A stretch of DNA of 64,000 bases from Candidatus Gastranaerophilales bacterium (GCA_910587055.1 CAJUKY010000003.1:34499-98498), one strand, 5' to 3'. Positions 34,069 to 44,787 are shown, counted from the stretch's first letter. Notes: a model not told the origin generated them from the sequence alone. Program-made: numbers and translations.

Positions 34069-35649
34069 GTGAGAGAATTTATGGCAAAAAATATATTAAA
34101 CAGGCTGTTTCTGATGCCCGCAGTAATCCTGACGTTTTTAGCGGCTCCGATGAGCGCATATGCTGCAAGCATTGATGAGAAAATAGATGAATATTTTGCG
34201 CCGTTTTCCGATGTTTTTTCAAAAATTGTATTTTTTTCTGTTGATATTGCAGGGGTAAAGGTGCCTGTTGTTATACTTTTTCTTCTTATCTCCAGCATAA
34301 TTGCAACTTTTTACCTTAGATGGATAGGTATCTGGGGTTTTAAGCATTCTTTAAAGCAAATATTTGTTAAAAAGAAAACGGAATTTAATGAATCACACAA
34401 TTCAAAATGCGGTGAAGTATCATCTTTCGGCGCTCTTGCTACTGCTTTATCGGGCACGGTCGGTTTAGGAAATATCGCAAGTGTTGCAATAGCAATATCA
34501 ATCGGCGGCCCCGGGGCAATGTTCTGGATGGGAGTCGGCGCAATATTCGGTATGGCCTTAAAATTTTGCGAAGTAACATTATCATTAAAATACAGACGTT
34601 TTAACGCTGACGGCTCAGTTTCAGGCGGCCCTATGTTTTATATAGCTCACGGGCTTACAAGAAAGGGCTTAAGATGGCTCGGGCAGCCTATGGCTATATT
34701 TTTTGCGCTAATGTGCATACCCGGAGCTTTGAGCGGCGGATGTATGTTTCAGGCAAATCAGGCAACACAGCAGATGGTGAATATAACCGGAGGGGAAAAC
34801 AGCATATTTTTCGCTCACAGCTGGTTATTCGGGCTTATTATTGCAATTCTTGTAGGGCTTGTAATTGTGGGCGGGATTAAAAGTATCGCAAATGTAACTT
34901 CAAAAATTGTTCCGTTTATGTGCGGGCTTTATATAGTAATAAGCCTTGTTATAATTTTTGCAAATATTACCCATATACCTCAGGCACTCTGCACGATTAT
35001 TGAAGAAGCATTTTTCCCGAAAGCAGTTACGGGCGGTATAGTGGGGTGTATTATAATGGGAATGAGACGCTCAATTCAATCAAATGAAGCAGGTTCAGGT
35101 TCCGCACCCATCGCATATGCTGCCGTTAAAACAAAGGAGCCTGTTTCTCAAGGTTTTGTTTCTTTGATGGAGCCGTTTTTTGATACGGTTATAGTGTGCT
35201 CTATGACTGCATTTGTGATAATCATAACCGGCAAATATTTAGATTATAATGAAGGAATATCGGGCGTTGAATTAACTTCTGCCGCTTTTGCAAGCGCCAT
35301 AAGCTTTTTCCCTTATATTCTGGCATTTATTATTATCCTTTTTGCAATCTCAACCATTATTTCTTGGTCTTATTACGGTCAGAAAGCATGGGGGTATATC
35401 TTTGGCGAAGGTTTTAAAAGAACAAAAATTTACCAGATTTTATTCTGCCTGTTTATTATAATAGGCTCATCAATGAATATTCAAAGCGTTATAGATTTCA
35501 CGGATGCAACCTTGCTTGCAATGGCTGTGCCAAACCTTATTGCGGTTTTCATTTTGATTAAAGAAATAAAAAGCGATTTAATCGAATATTGCAAAAAGCA
35601 TAATTTAATCTGCGCTATGAATAAAGTATGGTTTGAAGATGAAAAATAA
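34069..35649 (+). CDS. Alanine/glycine:cation symporter (AGCS family)
   Basis: LSGTVGLGNIASVAIAISIGGPGAMFWMG plus about 10-11 TM segments typical of sodium:alanine symporters. Confidence 0.9.
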   Translation: MREFMAKNILNRLFLMPAVILTFLAAPMSAYAASIDEKIDEYFAPFSDVFSKIVFFSVDIAGVKVPVVILFLLISSIIATFYLRWIGIWGFKHSLKQIFVKKKTEFNESHNSKCGEVSSFGALATALSGTVGLGNIASVAIAISIGGPGAMFWMGVGAIFGMALKFCEVTLSLKYRRFNADGSVSGGPMFYIAHGLTRKGLRWLGQPMAIFFALMCIPGALSGGCMFQANQATQQMVNITGGENSIFFAHSWLFGLIIAILVGLVIVGGIKSIANVTSKIVPFMCGLYIVISLVIIFANITHIPQALCTIIEEAFFPKAVTGGIVGCIIMGMRRSIQSNEAGSGSAPIAYAAVKTKEPVSQGFVSLMEPFFDTVIVCSMTAFVIIITGKYLDYNEGISGVELTSAAFASAISFFPYILAFIIILFAISTIISWSYYGQKAWGYIFGEGFKRTKIYQILFCLFIIIGSSMNIQSVIDFTDATLLAMAVPNLIAVFILIKEIKSDLIEYCKKHNLICAMNKVWFEDEK

Positions 35650-36799
35650 CCTTTATGCACCATATATTACGGCTCTTGAAGAATTAAAGAAAAATTCTTC
35701 ATACAGATATATTAAAGATATTAAACATGATAAAAAGTATATAATTTTAGATGATAAAAGGCTTTTAAACTTTTCAAGCAATGATTATCTCGGTATTTCA
35801 AATGATTTTGATTTGAGGAATGAATTTTTAAAAGAATACATTGAAGGCGGAGAAAAAATTTCAAACCCTTCCGCAAGACTGCTCTGCGGCACAAGCCCCG
35901 TTTATTTAAAGATGGAAAATTTTCTGGCGGAACTTTTTAATAAAGAACGCGCTTTAATCTTCAACAGCGGCTACCATGGAAATGTCGGGTTATATTCTTC
36001 GCTTGTAAATTCAGATGATGTCGTCTTTGTTGACAGATTAAATCATGCAAGTATCATAGACGGTATAAGGCTTTCCGGCGCAAAAATTATACCCTATAAA
36101 CACCTTGATTACGATGATTTAAGACAAAAACTCCTGCGTTACAGAAAAAACCATAAAAAAGCTATAATATCCTCAGAAAGCCTGTTCAGCATGGACGGCG
36201 ATATAACGGATATCAACAAACTTGCAGATTTAAAAGAAGAATTTAATACGCTTTTAATAATTGATGAAGCGCACAGTTTCGGGGTTTACGGAGGCGGGAC
36301 AGGAATTTGCAAAGAGCAAAATGCCCTGAACCGTGTTGATTTAATACTTGCGACGTTTGGAAAAGCCGCAGGCTCATACGGCGCTTTTACTGTCGGGAGC
36401 GAAGTCTTAATTAATTATCTTGTAAATTTTGCACGCAGTTTTATTTTTTCAACCACACTGCCTGAAATCAGCGTTGCATTTTCTTACTATGCCCTAAAAA
36501 AGCGGATTTTAGCCGATAATTCTCTTCAAAAAAAACTTTTTAATTTAAACACGCACTTTAGAAAAAGTTTAAAAAGCTTTAGAATTATGGGAGAAAGCTA
36601 CATCGCACCCGTTCTTGTCGGCGAAAACTCCCGCACCGTAGAGTTTTCAAAGAATTTAATTGAAAACTGTTTTTATATTCTGCCGATAAGGTACCCGACG
36701 GTGGCTAAAAACACCGCCCGTCTTAGAATTTCCCTGAATTCTTCGCTTGAAATCAGTGATATAGACAAACTTACAGAATGTTTGAATTCTTTAAAATAA
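35633..36799 (+). CDS. PLP-dependent alpha-oxoamine synthase (BioF/KBL/SPT family)
   Basis: DRLNHASIIDG, DEAHSFGVYG and TFGKAAGSYGA (PLP lysine). Overlaps the symporter by 17 nt. Subfamily not determinable by eye. Confidence 0.8.
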   Translation: MKMKNNLYAPYITALEELKKNSSYRYIKDIKHDKKYIILDDKRLLNFSSNDYLGISNDFDLRNEFLKEYIEGGEKISNPSARLLCGTSPVYLKMENFLAELFNKERALIFNSGYHGNVGLYSSLVNSDDVVFVDRLNHASIIDGIRLSGAKIIPYKHLDYDDLRQKLLRYRKNHKKAIISSESLFSMDGDITDINKLADLKEEFNTLLIIDEAHSFGVYGGGTGICKEQNALNRVDLILATFGKAAGSYGAFTVGSEVLINYLVNFARSFIFSTTLPEISVAFSYYALKKRILADNSLQKKLFNLNTHFRKSLKSFRIMGESYIAPVLVGENSRTVEFSKNLIENCFYILPIRYPTVAKNTARLRISLNSSLEISDIDKLTECLNSLK

Positions 36800-36804
36800 A
36801 ATTT

Positions 36805-39800
36805 TTATTTTTCAAACCCGCTAAAAATCAAATACAGTGCAGGCGCAGCAAGAAGAGCAATAAAAACGGAGGCCAAAAGCCCGAAAATTATTGCTATTGC
36901 AAGGGATGAGAACATGGGGTCATTACCAAGCCACAAAGGAAGCATTCCGCCGATTGTTGTCACCGCAGTTAAAAATACGGGCGTAACCCTTGATATAGCC
37001 GTGTTTTTAACCATAGTTTTAATTTCTAAAAAGGATGGCTTTAGCGCGGGAGCAGAATTCAAACTTTCTTCATAAGGGTCTTCCCGTCTGTCATTCAGCG
37101 ATTCAAGGAAAATAACACAATTGTTTACGGCAATTCCCACAAGACAGATATAGCCTAAAAATGTCATAAATCCAAAATAAGAACCTGTTATAAAAAGCCC
37201 GAAATTAGCGCCGGATAAGGCTAAAAGCGCACATATAATCGTAATTAAAGGTTTTTTAATCTGCCTAAAAAGAATAATTAAAATAAGAATAATAACGGAA
37301 AAGGCAGTCGGGATTTCCCTCATAATTGAGTTATTGCCTTTTTTAGAGTTTTCATAGGTGCCGCCAAGCTCAAAACCATAGCCCAGCTGCCAGTTTTCTT
37401 TTTCCAAATCAGGCTTAATCTTTTCTATCACAGCATTTGCGGTGGTTGATTCATCTATCCACCCCTGCAGAGTTACGGTGAGTCTGTTATCCCGTCTGAA
37501 AATTTTAGGATATTCAAAGCCGGGCACTGTTTTTGCCACCGATGACAGCGGAATGCTTTTGCCATTTGAAGCTAAAATTTGAATATTCTCAATGTCTTTA
37601 CCGTTCCTGAAATCCTCTGAAAGCCTGTAAATTATAGGGATAGAGGTTGTTCCTTCCATATAGCTTGAAATTATATTTCCCTGATAACCCGCACGGATAG
37701 CGGATAACACATCATAAGACGTTAAATTAAGCCTTGCTGCAGCTGAATTATCAATTTCAATTTTTATCCTTGGAGTCTTACTCCCCCAGTCATTTTTAAC
37801 CAGATAAACCCCTTCAATGTTTTTTAATTTTTCTTGAAATTTATATACATATTTGAAAATTTGAATTTTATCAAGCCCGAAAATTCTAATCTCTACAGGG
37901 GCATCATAAGGCGGTCCCAGAGGCACTTTGCGCACAACGGAATTTACATCGGCAAAATTATCGTCTATAAATTTTTTAACCTCTTTTATACTGTTATCAA
38001 CGCTTTTATAGGAATCTGTATTCACAAGAATCATGCCGAAATTCTCTCTATCTGCCACAGGGCTTGAAGATAAGACATATCTGGGGGCTGATGTTCCTAT
38101 ATAGCTTGAGAAATTTCCCGTTTCAGGTCTTTTTTTAATAAAATTTTCAATTTTAACAATGTAATCCCTTGTCTTGTATATATTTGAGCCCTCTTGAAGA
38201 TTTAATCTGATTTCATACATATTTCTGTCCGAATCTGGAAAGAAAATTTTTGGCACAAAGGCAAACAAAAACAGGCTAAAAAGTGCAAAAACAGAAGCTA
38301 TTAACATAATTTTTTTCGGATTTTCCACACTATAGTTGATTAAAGGGGTAAATAATTTTACCGCATCAATTTTGCTGCTTTTTTCATCGGAGGGTTTTAT
38401 CCTGAAAACCGTTATAAAATAAGGCAAAAGGGCAGTTGAGTAAAACCAGCTTAACATAAGCGTTATAAACACAACTTTAAAAAGTGCTGAAGAGTATTCG
38501 CTCACTGCACTTTTAGCAAGATAAACAGGCAAAAACGCGCATGAGGTAATAATGCTGGCGCACAGAAGAGGGGTTTGATATTTACGGGTGACTTCAATTA
38601 CAGTATTCATAAGGCTTTTAGGGTTATTAACGCTGTTTTGCATTTCTGCTTTAATTTGCCCTAAAACCCCCTCTGCAACAACAATTGAGTTATCTACAAG
38701 AATTCCTAAGGAAATAATCAGCGCACTTAATGAAATTTTATCAAGCCCGATTCCGCATTTTTCCATAATAAAAATTGCAGACAAAATAATACAGAAAATA
38801 ATTCCTGATATTATAAGCCCTGTCTTTATTCCAAGGATTATAAGAACCATAATCCCAACGATAACAATACTTTGCGCCAGACTTGAAGTAAATTTATCCG
38901 TCAGAATTTTAACGTAATCTCCCTGCAGAGCCATAATTTCAAAATTGAGTCCTATAGGGTAATACTCTTTCAAATGGCGAATTTCGGCCTTAATCTCGTC
39001 ACTCCATTTTAAAATATTCCCGCCGTCTTTCATTGATAAAATAAAAAGAATTGCATTTTTGCCGTTTGCCCTGCAAATGCTTGCAGGAGGGTCGACATAG
39101 CCTTTTTTGATATTATAAATATCGGATAATCTTATGCTTTTATTAAAAATTTCAAGCGGCATATTTTTTATATCGTTTACTCTGTCAAAACTGCTTGTAC
39201 CTTCGATAAACAGGCTTTTTCCGCCCGTTTTAATATGGCCGCCGAGCCCCAGAACATTTGTTTTTTGCAGATAATCCTGTAAAATTGTATGATTAATTTT
39301 GTTATTTATAGTGTCATTAGGGCTGTAATTAAGATATACCGCTTCTTTTTGAGCCCCCATCAGCTGTACCTTGCCTGCATTTTCAAGGGTTAAAAGTTCA
39401 TCCTGAATATCATCTGCAATATCCTTCAATTCCTTGTAGGAGTAGTCATCTCCCGATATTGAAAAAATTGTACCGAAGACATCGGCAAATTCATCATTTA
39501 CAATGGGTTCTAAACCGGAAGGCAGAAGCTTTTTTGCAATTTCAACCTTTCGCCTGAGCCTGTCCCAGATGGGTTGAATTACGGTATAGGTTTCATAAAT
39601 TTCCACAAAAATCATCGAAAGTCCGTCATATGACTGGGTTTTAATATGCTCTACTTCATCCATTTCAAGGATAATATCCTCAATCTGGCGGCTGACGTAT
39701 CTATCCACCTCATCTGCGGTCATATTCGGGCAAACAGTTGTGACTGTAGCAGTTCTTATTTTAAACCCCGGGTCTTCATTTCTTTTTATGTTTTTATAGG

Positions 39801-39876
39801 AAAAAATCCCCCCAATTGTAAGTATCAGGGTTAAGACAATCAGAAAAATTTTATTTTTTATAAAAAATTCACCCAT
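36805..39876 (-). CDS. RND-family efflux transporter (AcrB/HAE-type inner-membrane pump)
   Basis: 1023 aa. 12-TM, two-large-loop architecture with typical N-terminus (FFIKNKIFLIVLTLILTIGG). Confidence 0.9.
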   Translation of the reverse strand: MGEFFIKNKIFLIVLTLILTIGGIFSYKNIKRNEDPGFKIRTATVTTVCPNMTADEVDRYVSRQIEDIILEMDEVEHIKTQSYDGLSMIFVEIYETYTVIQPIWDRLRRKVEIAKKLLPSGLEPIVNDEFADVFGTIFSISGDDYSYKELKDIADDIQDELLTLENAGKVQLMGAQKEAVYLNYSPNDTINNKINHTILQDYLQKTNVLGLGGHIKTGGKSLFIEGTSSFDRVNDIKNMPLEIFNKSIRLSDIYNIKKGYVDPPASICRANGKNAILFILSMKDGGNILKWSDEIKAEIRHLKEYYPIGLNFEIMALQGDYVKILTDKFTSSLAQSIVIVGIMVLIILGIKTGLIISGIIFCIILSAIFIMEKCGIGLDKISLSALIISLGILVDNSIVVAEGVLGQIKAEMQNSVNNPKSLMNTVIEVTRKYQTPLLCASIITSCAFLPVYLAKSAVSEYSSALFKVVFITLMLSWFYSTALLPYFITVFRIKPSDEKSSKIDAVKLFTPLINYSVENPKKIMLIASVFALFSLFLFAFVPKIFFPDSDRNMYEIRLNLQEGSNIYKTRDYIVKIENFIKKRPETGNFSSYIGTSAPRYVLSSSPVADRENFGMILVNTDSYKSVDNSIKEVKKFIDDNFADVNSVVRKVPLGPPYDAPVEIRIFGLDKIQIFKYVYKFQEKLKNIEGVYLVKNDWGSKTPRIKIEIDNSAAARLNLTSYDVLSAIRAGYQGNIISSYMEGTTSIPIIYRLSEDFRNGKDIENIQILASNGKSIPLSSVAKTVPGFEYPKIFRRDNRLTVTLQGWIDESTTANAVIEKIKPDLEKENWQLGYGFELGGTYENSKKGNNSIMREIPTAFSVIILILIILFRQIKKPLITIICALLALSGANFGLFITGSYFGFMTFLGYICLVGIAVNNCVIFLESLNDRREDPYEESLNSAPALKPSFLEIKTMVKNTAISRVTPVFLTAVTTIGGMLPLWLGNDPMFSSLAIAIIFGLLASVFIALLAAPALYLIFSGFEK

Positions 39877-39925
39877 ATTTTACCGTAAATACGCTGCACA
39901 CAAAGTTTTAGGGTATATAATCTTG

Positions 39926-41011
39926 TTAAAATTGTTCCGCACCCCTGATTTTGACCTTTTGCCCGTCCATAATTTCGCTTGCCCCTTTGATTACAACCAA
40001 ATCATTCCTGTGAAGCCCGTCTACTACTATGTTTTCATCATTTATATCTATAGCTTTAATATTCTGTCTTCTGGTTTTTGCAACCCCCTTTTTGACATCC
40101 ACCAGAAGCCAGACATAGCTTGAATTTTCATCTTCAAGAACAGCGGATGCTGGCAATTCTATTACTTTTTCCGTACTATCAGGCGTAAATTCCACAATAG
40201 CTCGAATTGCCATACCGTCCTTTAGCTCAGGGTATTTTTTATCAAGAATAAGAGTTACCCTGTAGGCGCCTTCATCTATGCTTGTCTTAGTAATACTCTT
40301 AATTTTAGCGGTTTTCGGTTCAATGTCTTCATCCGATTTAAGTACAACTTCTTTACCTTTATAAAAATTATTTATATATTTTTCAGATACAAAAATTTTG
40401 GCTTCCGATTTTCTGTTATCCTGAAAAATAACCACAGGCTGCCCGGGGTCAGCGTACTGGTTTTCCTCTTTTACTTTTTTTAAAATTATTCCGTTATCAG
40501 GTGCATATAATTTCCCGTAACCTACGCGCTTTCTTGCTATTTCAAGCTGTTCTTTTGCAATCTGGATTTGATGCTCTTTTGACTGCATATCGGTTCTTGC
40601 CCTGTCCCAATCGTTATCCGAAATTCCGCCCACGGCGTGCAGTTTATCAATTCTTTCATAATAATTTTTTGCATTTTGATACTGATTTCTTGCATCCATA
40701 AGTGCAGCACGGTTTTCCACCTCTTCCAATTCCAGAATTTTATTGTCAATTTCCGCTATAACCTGACCTTTGCGCACGATATCGCCGTCAGTAAAATTTA
40801 TTTTTGTGATAACACCCGAGGTTTCAAAGCTTAATTCCATATCTCCGCCCGCTTTTATATAGCCGAAGAATTCTTTTTTGTTGTCCTGAATTTTAGGTTC
40901 AACAACTTCGTATTCAACAAACCTTAACTGTGCAATTTCGCGTTTTGCGCAGGATACAAGAAAAATTGCACAAAATAAAACCGTACCTGATATTATCAAT
41001 ATTTTTTTCAT
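39926..41011 (-). CDS. Efflux RND periplasmic adaptor (HlyD/MFP family)
   Basis: Lipoprotein-like N-terminus (FLVSC), coiled-coil hairpin and beta-barrel region. Immediately upstream of the RND pump. Confidence 0.85.
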   Translation of the reverse strand: MKKILIISGTVLFCAIFLVSCAKREIAQLRFVEYEVVEPKIQDNKKEFFGYIKAGGDMELSFETSGVITKINFTDGDIVRKGQVIAEIDNKILELEEVENRAALMDARNQYQNAKNYYERIDKLHAVGGISDNDWDRARTDMQSKEHQIQIAKEQLEIARKRVGYGKLYAPDNGIILKKVKEENQYADPGQPVVIFQDNRKSEAKIFVSEKYINNFYKGKEVVLKSDEDIEPKTAKIKSITKTSIDEGAYRVTLILDKKYPELKDGMAIRAIVEFTPDSTEKVIELPASAVLEDENSSYVWLLVDVKKGVAKTRRQNIKAIDINDENIVVDGLHRNDLVVIKGASEIMDGQKVKIRGAEQF

Positions 41012-41098
41012 AGTACGAAAAATTTTATTTAAATTTATTTTGAAAAAATATTGCCCGCAGGAGCTAATACCATCCGTATTTAAGCAGCAAAGAGTATA

Positions 41099-42001
41099 TT
41101 ATGCTCTCGGGTGGGTTTTTTCATATACCGTTTTTAATCTTTGAATTGAAACATGGGTGTAAATCTGCGTATTTGAAATGCTTGCATGCCCGAGCAATTC
41201 CTGCACTATCCTTAAATCTGCCCCGTTTTCAAGCAATTTTGTTGCAAAAGAATGGCGAAAAACGTGCGGGGTTACTTTTTTTGGCAGTTCAATATTATCT
41301 ACAACTTCTTTTAAAGCTTTTCTGATACTTTGATTTTGCAGCCTAAAACCGTGATTATTAATAAATACAGGGTTTTTTGGGCCTTTTGGCGTTTTGCAGA
41401 TTAAATCCGAAACATTTTCTATATAGTTTTTAAGCGTTTCTTTTGTTTTATTCGGAATTAGCACTATACGCTCTTTTGCACCTTTTCCGTATACGGTAAT
41501 TTCATTCTGCTCTAAATTTAAATTTTCATAATTCAGCCCTGAAAGTTCGCTTATACGCATGCCTGAAGCCCACAAGAGCTCAAATATAACACGGTTTCTA
41601 AATCCTGAAGGGGTCGCAGTTTTAACGTTTGCAAGAATTGTTTCCACCTCATTATCAGATAAAAAATTAGGCAGGCTTTTTGTTCTTTTCGGGCCTGAAA
41701 CAGTATCTGTCGGGTTAAAATCTATGATTTCTTCTCTGTATAAAAATTTATAAAATGCCCTGATTGAAGCAATTTTTCTTGCAATTGTTGTTTTTGTATA
41801 ATTTAATTGCCCGATAAAATAAAGATATTCGGAAAATTTCTTTGTATCAATTTCTTCAATATCAGCCTCATTCACCCAGATTAAGAAGGTTAAAACATCA
41901 GCCGAGTATGCTCTTAAGGTATGCTCCGAAAAATTCTTTTCAATTTTTAGATATTCATTAAATTTTTCAAGATATTCTTTTGATTTCAGGTTAATTCCCA
42001 A
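41099..42001 (-). CDS. Tyrosine recombinase, XerC/XerD type
   Basis: ARxxSxL-like box, HVFRHSFATKLLENGADLRIVQELLGHASISNTQIYTHV (R..HxxR..Y). TTG start. Confidence 0.9.
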   Translation of the reverse strand: MGINLKSKEYLEKFNEYLKIEKNFSEHTLRAYSADVLTFLIWVNEADIEEIDTKKFSEYLYFIGQLNYTKTTIARKIASIRAFYKFLYREEIIDFNPTDTVSGPKRTKSLPNFLSDNEVETILANVKTATPSGFRNRVIFELLWASGMRISELSGLNYENLNLEQNEITVYGKGAKERIVLIPNKTKETLKNYIENVSDLICKTPKGPKNPVFINNHGFRLQNQSIRKALKEVVDNIELPKKVTPHVFRHSFATKLLENGADLRIVQELLGHASISNTQIYTHVSIQRLKTVYEKTHPRA

Positions 42002-42204
42002 GTTTTTAAATTCCCCGCATACTTTAATTTATTCTATTATAGCGCACTTATTTAAGCCTGATAAACTTATTTTCTACATTTTTTTAAAAAAATTAATATA
42101 AATCAAGTATTCAAAATTGTAAAAAAAATATTATGATGATATTAACTAACCCCATATTTAAGGTATCATGCTAATAAGTTAAGAAAAGCGGACTAACACA
42201 AAAA

Positions 42205-42825
42205 TTGCAAAATAATTTTGAAAGTTTGAATAATCTTGAAGACCATATAAGAAAATCCTCCGTTGTACAGGAAAGAACGGGGCTTGTTGCAGTTTATATG
42301 TATAAGCAGTTTCTGGATTTTCAAAAATCTACCCATAATACGGCTGAAACATTTATAAAAATTACCGATATTATGGAACAGGTGGCAGAATCCATGAAGC
42401 AGTCTTTCAAGGTTAGAAATATTCCGGATAATGTTTTTGTAAATGTTGATTCAACAGGCACAATCGCCACAATTAATATCCTCTGGCACACCATCACCTT
42501 TACAAACCGCTTTAATATTGCGCCGAAAGCAATCCCCAGAGAAGGCCAGCCGCCTCTGTTCTGCGGAAGAATTTTTGCCATAAACGGTGATTACGGAGCG
42601 CTTATGAAAGATGCGCACGATGCGGAAGCTCAGATGCGCGTACTTTTAGATAATGAGATAGCTTCGCTTTATATTCCTGCGGAAAAAAACCAAAGCGTTA
42701 TTATGACAATCCGTCATAAAGATAATCAGGAGCATTTTTTAACCCATGTGGACGCGCCGAGGGATTTTCTTTTAAAAGTTATTGAAATTATCTGTGCGGG
42801 CGGCCAGTTCCACGAACAGAAATAG
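42205..42825 (+). CDS. Hypothetical soluble protein (orphan)
   Basis: 206-aa ORF with protein-like composition and no motif recognised. Start uncertain (TTG at 42205 or ATG at 42298). Confidence 0.5.
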   Translation: MQNNFESLNNLEDHIRKSSVVQERTGLVAVYMYKQFLDFQKSTHNTAETFIKITDIMEQVAESMKQSFKVRNIPDNVFVNVDSTGTIATINILWHTITFTNRFNIAPKAIPREGQPPLFCGRIFAINGDYGALMKDAHDAEAQMRVLLDNEIASLYIPAEKNQSVIMTIRHKDNQEHFLTHVDAPRDFLLKVIEIICAGGQFHEQK

Positions 42826-42877
42826 TTTTTGCCGCCGGGCAGGCAAGCTGCGGAAAGACGTTATTGTATAAACGATG

Positions 42878-43066
42878 CTATACAAGCTTGCAGGGCATTA
42901 ATTTTCTGATTAAACTTGCGCAAAGGCCTGTATTTTCTTCCTTTTTTTCAGGCTTTAAAATGCTTTGAATTTCCTTTTTTACTTCTTCACTCAAAGGGTT
43001 GTATTCCGAATAAACAGGGCTGTATTCATAATCCCACTGGTCAAATTCTAATTCTTTGTTTTCCAT
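42878..43066 (-). CDS. Small acidic hypothetical protein (62 aa)
   Basis: AAGGA about 10 nt upstream of the ATG. MENKELEFDQWDYEYSPVYSEYNPLSEE. Confidence 0.45.
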   Translation of the reverse strand: MENKELEFDQWDYEYSPVYSEYNPLSEEVKKEIQSILKPEKKEENTGLCASLIRKLMPCKLV

Positions 43067-43171
43067 AGTTTAACATCCTTATCGCTTCATCCTTATATTT
43101 TTTATATCGTTCATGCCTTTTGAAAACTTTATAAAAAAAGCGCATTTGTATATTTATGTTACAATTGCTTT

Positions 43172-43687
43172 ATGAAAATTAAGACAAATGATATTAAAGA
43201 TACTGAAAAGCTTGCAAAAATTTTTGCAAAGAATTTACCCGAAACAGGGGCTTTTGTATCACTATTCGGGGATATAGGCGCAGGAAAAACAGCATTTGTG
43301 CGCTTTGTATTAAACAATTCAGGCGTAAGCGAAAAAATCACAAGCCCGAGTTTTGTAATCTTAAATGAATATAAAGGTGCCATAAATCCTTCAAGCGGTG
43401 CAAAAATGCCAGTGTATCATTTTGATCTTTACCGCCTTGAAAACGAAGGGCTTGAAACCATAAAGGAAGAATTGAGAGAATATTCAAAAGCAGGGGTGCT
43501 CACATTTGTTGAATGGGCGGATTTCGGCTCCGGCGAACTGCCTTATGACAGGCTGAATATTAAAGTATACTATGATGAAGCGGAATTTAACGATACAAGA
43601 TATTATGAATTTATCCCCGAAGGTAAAATATATGAAGATTTTGTCACAAAACTTCAAACGGAAGCAAAGAAAGAAGGGCTTTTATAA
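43172..43687 (+). CDS. tsaE: tRNA t6A biosynthesis ATPase TsaE (YjeE)
   Basis: LFGDIGAGKTAFVR Walker A. HFDLYRL motif. Confidence 0.9.
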   Translation: MKIKTNDIKDTEKLAKIFAKNLPETGAFVSLFGDIGAGKTAFVRFVLNNSGVSEKITSPSFVILNEYKGAINPSSGAKMPVYHFDLYRLENEGLETIKEELREYSKAGVLTFVEWADFGSGELPYDRLNIKVYYDEAEFNDTRYYEFIPEGKIYEDFVTKLQTEAKKEGLL

Positions 43688-44356
43688 ATGAATATTCTTG
43701 CTTTTGACACATCTTTAAATAAAACGTATATAGTTCTTTCAAAGGGCGATTTTACGGTATCAAAAATTTATGAATCAGATGAAAATAATTATCACAGCGC
43801 TTATTTAATTTCAGGAATAAAAAAATTACTTGAAGAAAATAATACAACCCTTCAGGAAATTGATTTCTTTGCGGTGAATAACGGCCCCGGGAGCTTTACG
43901 GGGATAAGAGCAGGCGTTACGGTTGCAAAAACCCTTGCAAAAGAATTGAATAAAAATGTTAAGGGCTTAAATTCGCTTGATATTTTATATAAAACATATC
44001 AAAACCTTGACCCTGATGTGATTTTAGATGCCAGGCGCGGACAATTCTACTTTAGAAGCACAGTATCCGGCTGCACCGATATATATACCTGCAGTGAAAC
44101 AAGACTTATTCCGTATTCTGAAATTTCAAGCCTGATAACAAAAAATACACTTATTTGCGACACTTCAAGCTTAAAAAGTATTAAAGAATACCTGCAGGAT
44201 AGAGATATCAACATTATAAATTTTGAAGAAGACGGCGCTGATTTATCAAATGCGCTGATTACCCTTGCAAAAGAATATTCAAATGATGATAATTTAAGCC
44301 GGAATACACTGAATGCCGCCTATATTCAGGCTCCCCCCATTCATAATAAAAAATAA
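43688..44356 (+). CDS. tsaB: tRNA t6A biosynthesis protein TsaB (YeaZ)
   Basis: MNILAFDTS..., GPGSFTGIRAG. Start abuts the tsaE stop. Confidence 0.85.
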   Translation: MNILAFDTSLNKTYIVLSKGDFTVSKIYESDENNYHSAYLISGIKKLLEENNTTLQEIDFFAVNNGPGSFTGIRAGVTVAKTLAKELNKNVKGLNSLDILYKTYQNLDPDVILDARRGQFYFRSTVSGCTDIYTCSETRLIPYSEISSLITKNTLICDTSSLKSIKEYLQDRDINIINFEEDGADLSNALITLAKEYSNDDNLSRNTLNAAYIQAPPIHNKK

Positions 44357-44388
44357 AAACGATAAAACATTTTAAAAAACCGCATATT

Positions 44389-44787
44389 TTAGATGATTGA
44401 ATTTATGTAAAACCAGATATTCAGCATCTTTTCGCGGTCTTTTTCAATAATTTTCATTTTGCGGTAAATTTCTTTTCTGATTTTTTCATCAGATTCAACG
44501 TTCGGGAAACAAAATAAATCCGCAGGCTGAATATCAAGCGCATCAATGATTTTAGCAAAACTTTCAGATGACGGGAAATTTTGCCCGCGTTCAATTCTGC
44601 TGTATGAATTAGGGGAAATACCTATTGCTTCAGATAAATACTCCTGACTGTAACCTCTGTATTTTCTGATTTTGGCGATATTTTCGCCTACATATTTTTT
44701 AAAATCCGTACCGTTCACAGTATTTTCGCTCCGTTTTAATAGTAATTTGTATACGTTCAAAAAATAACGACTTAAAAATGTTGACAC
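44389..44787 (-). CDS. XRE-family HTH regulator, divergent from the glycine-rich gene
   Basis: IAKIRKYRGYSQEYLSEAIGISPNSYSRIERG. A GTG at 44718 with GGAG 10 nt upstream is a plausible alternative start that would clear the divergent promoter. Confidence 0.8.
   Translation of the reverse strand: MSTFLSRYFLNVYKLLLKRSENTVNGTDFKKYVGENIAKIRKYRGYSQEYLSEAIGISPNSYSRIERGQNFPSSESFAKIIDALDIQPADLFCFPNVESDEKIRKEIYRKMKIIEKDREKMLNIWFYINSII

Noticed and set aside
36805-41011. The RND pump plus adaptor without an adjacent outer-membrane factor, as a possible anomaly.
   Set aside because: Two-gene RND operons that borrow a TolC-like channel encoded elsewhere are common. Not informative without the whole genome.
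41099-42001. The tyrosine recombinase as a marker of an integrated mobile element.
   Set aside because: Its size (300 aa) and motifs are those of housekeeping XerC/XerD. I saw no flanking direct repeats, tRNA target, phage genes or transposase genes.
42826-42877. GC-rich patch (tttttgccgccgggcaggcaagctgcggaaag) after the 42205 ORF, as a terminator.
   Set aside because: Only short 4-5-bp pairings (ttgcc/ggcaa, ccgc/gcgg) can be drawn, and there is no T tract. Not convincing as an intrinsic terminator.
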